From NCBI GenBank assembly GCA_002633005.1, contig NMRA01000009.1, positions 1,867,366 to 1,931,365 on the forward strand: DNA of 64,000 bases. Reading direction: 5' to 3'. The translations under genes were made by a program, and so were the position numbers. Below the pieces are notes generated by a model. It had not been told where the DNA came from and searched no databases. It saw nothing but the letters and a program-made list of their open reading frames with translations. Positions 59,430 to 64,000 of this stretch are shown here, in pieces. The number at the start of each line of letters is the position of its first letter. The stretch's first letter is position 1. Source of the DNA: Phoronis australis (taxonomy: Eukaryota > Animalia > Phoronida).

Positions 59430-60290
59430 TTTAGTTCCATTTTCTATTCCTAAAACGTTGATGTCTTTAAAGGAACATCTCCTCCTTCACCATCATACTG
59501 CGGGTTCCAACTTATCACAATTTCTTAAGTGCTGATATTTCTTGCTCTGAGCATCTAGCCATCTGGACATATCTACGGTATATTTTACTGTGTATTGTTC
59601 ATTTATCTAAGACCTATTCCCGGCGTTAGACTGACAGACGAGAAAACTCTTGTCAAGTTCGTAAGGCTGGAAACTAATTTTCTAACTGGATACAAGCTTA
59701 CTTCCCAGGAATAAAGCCTGGACGGCAAATATCCTTGTGTGGAAACCTCCCTGTACAGTCACCAGGCGATATAAAAGTAGTGAGTGGCATAATAAAAATG
59801 AAGAATTACTAAATATAGGCCTACACGTGTCAAAGTTTTCATGGTGAATAAACCATAACAGAAGACGAAATTAACAAATTAATGATAAAACAACCGTGTT
59901 GCTAATATGCCTTACGACTGCTGTCGCCTTGCTGAGCACAACGATAGAATGGCATAACCTCCATACTCACCTTTTGTTGAGCCATGGACCTGATTATGAA
60001 CAGCAAAGTTTTTGTAGAATACGCAACCTCACTAGCGCCGTAAGCAAAAGAGATTGCTATAGCAGTCTAAAGTGCGCCAATCACGTCAGACACCATAAGG
60101 AAACCTTGTGGCTGGGGTCCCCTTCTGAAGAGGAAAAGCACATCATTGGTATGCGTAAACATTTGGTAAAATTCAAAACAGAATTTGAACACACTAGCCC
60201 TTTGGTCGACGACTTGCGGCTTCGCCCTAGACCTCTTCGTAGTCAAGGATCCAGAACAAGTTACACTAAGTTATGTTTAGTGTATACGAG
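59430..60290 (+). mobile_element. Decayed Penelope-like retroelement 3' region
   Basis: Faint linker/GIY-YIG-like peptides (LSQFLK, GKYPC, GE*T), then CCAATCACGT and a CTGAAGAG...AAAC hammerhead-like motif. Confidence 0.35.
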
Positions 60291-61864
60291 TGTTTAGTTG
60301 TGTGATGTTCAGGTACACCCAGCATTTTAGCTGGGCTGTAAGCTTGACAGCCTTGGGTAATTTCTAAATATGCAAATTAAGGCCGTAACTATGCAAAAAT
60401 CTATTTTGTTTATAACTTTCTTGCCAAGCATTGCAGATTATTTTGGTGTTGTCACCTTAACATTGAGGAAGTTATCATTGAAAAATTCTACTAATGATTA
60501 CAGCTGGTGTATTAGACACAACCGGTAAGCTATATTGACATTTGCACCCATGTTTGCGTGGTGAATTGATTATCGAAGTCAGATTGCAGGCTGATATAGT
60601 AAAGTCACAGTCAAGCAAAATTCTGATTACCTTTGAACGGATATAGGTATGATCAGGATCACGTGATCATGAAGAGACAATCATTTTGGCTCATTGTACT
60701 AATGTGCTTTCAAATGTGATTTATAAAGTAACTGTTGTTGGCAATTCAAACATTGTGTTTGAACGTTGACATTGTTGACTACATACTGTAATCATCCCCT
60801 TTAAACGAGATTAAGATCCACTTGGAGAAATCTTTTGGATCTCTAAAATGTCACATGGTCAGCTGGACCAGTTCTATTCATTTTCCTGTTTCACTAGATT
60901 TGTCATCAATAGAGTAACTTTATTCATAAGGGCACCTAGTGACAGTAATTACTGCTTCTCATCAGATCATATCTAAACAAAAGCTTTAAAGCATCCAGGA
61001 TATGTTTTTATATTTTCTTCTTGGTCCATGAAAAAACAATAGAAACCATAAAGTCTGAATAGAGGAGGAAAATTCGATTATGTGGGTTATTAACCTTTCC
61101 AAATTTGTCAATAGCGATTTTGTTGTGGCACAATGCGGGCGCATGGATCACAACGAATGAGTTTACAACGGTACATCTTTATTACTTTCTTGTGAAACTT
61201 CCGAAGTTGAGCGATAACAAAAGCACCAAAAACGCAAACTGAAAGAGAGAAAAAATACATCATAAACAAATATAACGTAAGTAATTAAAGTCAGGTGTGT
61301 GTGCACAAAACAAGAAGTTTACAACTATCAAAATGACAATGTCACATGACCTTTGACCTTTCCACACAAACAAGAATACTGGGGAAACTAGAATATCATG
61401 CACGCACCCAACCTAAAGAAACGGGGTGTTCGACGAATTTTTTTGAGAATGTGGACCGTTACTAAAATTTCACGGGTGCATTCAGAGCTATTTGCCGATT
61501 TTTGGAAGTTCATCCCTTTTTAGTGGACCTTTGTCTCGTTTCTACTTTTGTTTGGAGTTTTTGAGTTTTTGTTTGTCTGAGTGCGCATGAATATATACAA
61601 ATTCAAAACAAACGAATTCAGGCACAATAGATAACTAAATGAAACAGGAATGTGAACTGCAAATTCAAGGTCAGAAGGAAACACCCAAACCAAGGAGAGA
61701 AAATACGTCAAATACACTTAGGTAGCAAAGACCAAAAAGTAGAAGACGAAAAAAATGCAGTGCAAATACCAAAATACCAAACGAGAGTGCTTGGAGGAGC
61801 GACACTTGGCAAAATTATCTGACGATGGAGATGGCGACGACGATGATAATAATAGTGGGGATTA

Positions 61865-62759
61865 AGGTTTTGAATAGTCTCAAGTGGCCCAAACTGTCAA
61901 CTAGACGCAATCTTCACATGACCACGTTTACTTTCAAAGTAATAAATAACGTCAACAACGTCTCTGTCAAAAAATATTTGATCTATACACTAGACAAGGC
62001 TATCGTAGTAGTTTGAGGTCCTCCACCCCATATGCAATTCCTCCGTCATTCAGTCAGGAATTCAGAAGGTCTAGTCATGATTTGAATCAACAACTGGAAT
62101 TCTCTTCCAGCCTCTGTTAAGGAAAGCAACTCTTTTACGAGTATAAAAAATAATTTTAGAACTGTTTTTCATAATTTTGATAATTCAACACCCTTGACTC
62201 AATTCTCGCTTCCCTGCGATAACGAAATATCATTGTACAGATCAAGAGGCGGTCTTTTCCTCAACTCCAACAAGTTTAGGCATAACTTTAGCAATGTCTC
62301 TCCAAACTGTAAAGGTGGTGACCATCAATCTTATCCTCATATTTTCTTCATAAGTCCCCTCATCGAATATCTGAGAGACTCACTCTTTCGTGTATTCAAT
62401 GAAAACCAATCAATTGTTAAAGCTCTAAATTCTTGTAATAATATCCCTACTAAAGTTACATTATTATTGAATGGTTGTCCTAAGCTTGACCTCGTTCTCA
62501 ATGAATTCCTCCAAAGCAACGTTAAGAAATTTTTATGTACCGTTTATAAATATTGTTGCTTCTGATTTCCATACATGACTCTTTACATGTTTTGTTTTTA
62601 TATATTCGTAATAGCAAATCTAAATATTGGAATACTTATATCACATACTACTTAAATGTATATTAGTTTCATTTATGAATTGTCTACACCCCAGATATAA
62701 TGCTTCGCGATTTTTGGGTTTGTCATTATTTCATTGTATGTTCTGTGTATTCTTCAATA
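61865..62759 (+). mobile_element. 5'-truncated CR1-clade LINE with a 14-bp target-site duplication
   Basis: Peptides LKWPKLSTRR, WNSLPASVKES and LNSNKFRHNF..SPNC...HIFF; AATAAA at the 3' end; TSD AATAGTGGGGATTA at 61851-61864 and 62760-62773. Confidence 0.85.
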
Positions 62760-64000
62760 AATAGTGGGGATTATGAACAACTCGATAACATTCATATGAC
62801 TAGCGAAGATGTCAGAAATCAGTAAGAAATAGGCTACTGTCTCGTTCAATAGCAGACCTGCCAAGGGGGTATAACAACTTCGCTGGAAGTTGGTGGAAAA
62901 TTTGCTTGAGATTGGACAAATTTGCTCAGATTTTGCTTGAGGTTCCTGGCGATATCTTCACTAACTATCAAACTTTATACATCCTAAAATATAAGACTTA
63001 ACTAGTCATATTACATTAATTAATAAAACATGTTATAAGCGTAGAAAACTAGGTTTTTGAAAATTTACGACAAAAAAATTCATTTTACGTGAGATAGCTT
63101 AAGGCTCGCGTGAGTGCAATTGCCGATATTTTCGCCATCCTCGACCAAAAGTAAAAAAAATTCAGAAAACTTCTATCACACGTGTAGTACGTACAACGGA
63201 ACGTGCTGATTTGTAGCCGTGTACAACAAAAATTACGGACTCTATGAGCATTTGAATCTGAAATTGAAAACATCTTGGATCCAATCATGACGAAAAACAA
63301 TAGGCTTCCAGGACTTCCGGAACTAGCTGGCGGTTGTGTGTAAATTTCGTGGAACTCTGACGAAAAATGCTACCTGTAGAGTGCGAACAAACAAAAACAA
63401 CTTGATGGCAAAGCAACATACTTGGCGAAATGCAAGTAATAAAGTTAAAAACGTATACCGGTACTTACACCATGAACGTCGTTATATATTAAATCAGCTA
63501 ACGACCAACACACCTCCACTGCATTGTGGGCAGATCATGGATAACGAATGTCAAGACTATAGCGGGAAACATATTTAAAGGCCTATGTCACGTGATCAAC
63601 GAAAAAATCGCGGCCAGTATTCGGGGTAATTACAAACGCATACAACTATACCTAAACAATACTATACCATGCCAATACGAATGGTTGTGCCTGCAGGATC
63701 ACCAATCCTTGAAATATTTATTGGAGAGTAATTTCCAGAATGACTTGTCAGCTAATTAGGCTTATACGCAGCACTAATCACAATAGAAGCTGTGCCTAAA
63801 AGAATGTGGATAGAAGGGGTTTTAATAAGGAGTCTCAGTTTAAAGGGCGTGTTCACGACATGATAATTTTTGGAGCAATAAAAGTACTTTTTTGAACGTC
63901 GCTTTGGATTAATGTTCTAGGTAATCCAAATGAGCAAGCCTAATCAAATTTGCCGTCGTACACGCGAATTTACTCACTAGGATACTGCCCACCAACCATG

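Overview
This is eukaryotic, AT-rich, repeat-rich animal DNA; the repeat types suggest a lophotrochozoan, probably a mollusc (inference). It holds four genes. (1) An intronless GFOD1-like oxidoreductase (+, 4637-5812). (2) An OCRL/INPP5B-type inositol polyphosphate 5-phosphatase (-, 43824-12874) with 23 coding exons and about 942 aa, reconstructed by hand with consistent splice phases; it has two U12-type GT-AG introns, a 21-nt microexon and one spurious N in an exon. (3) An intronless TRPV-like channel pseudogene with three in-frame stops (+, 54970-56529). (4) An intronless class A GPCR (-, 58649-57633). The rest is transposon debris (hAT, piggyBac, MITEs, LINEs, Penelope-like, Helentron/HINE-like) and minisatellites. 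The strongest unexplained signal is a family of Helentron/HINE-like intronic elements whose internal ~150-bp tandem units each carry a CTCF-consensus motif. These give about 20 co-oriented sites, and one copy has a ~450-bp three-unit higher-order structure. A perfect 47-bp intronic hairpin and a duplicated splice acceptor that would create a premature stop are also notable.
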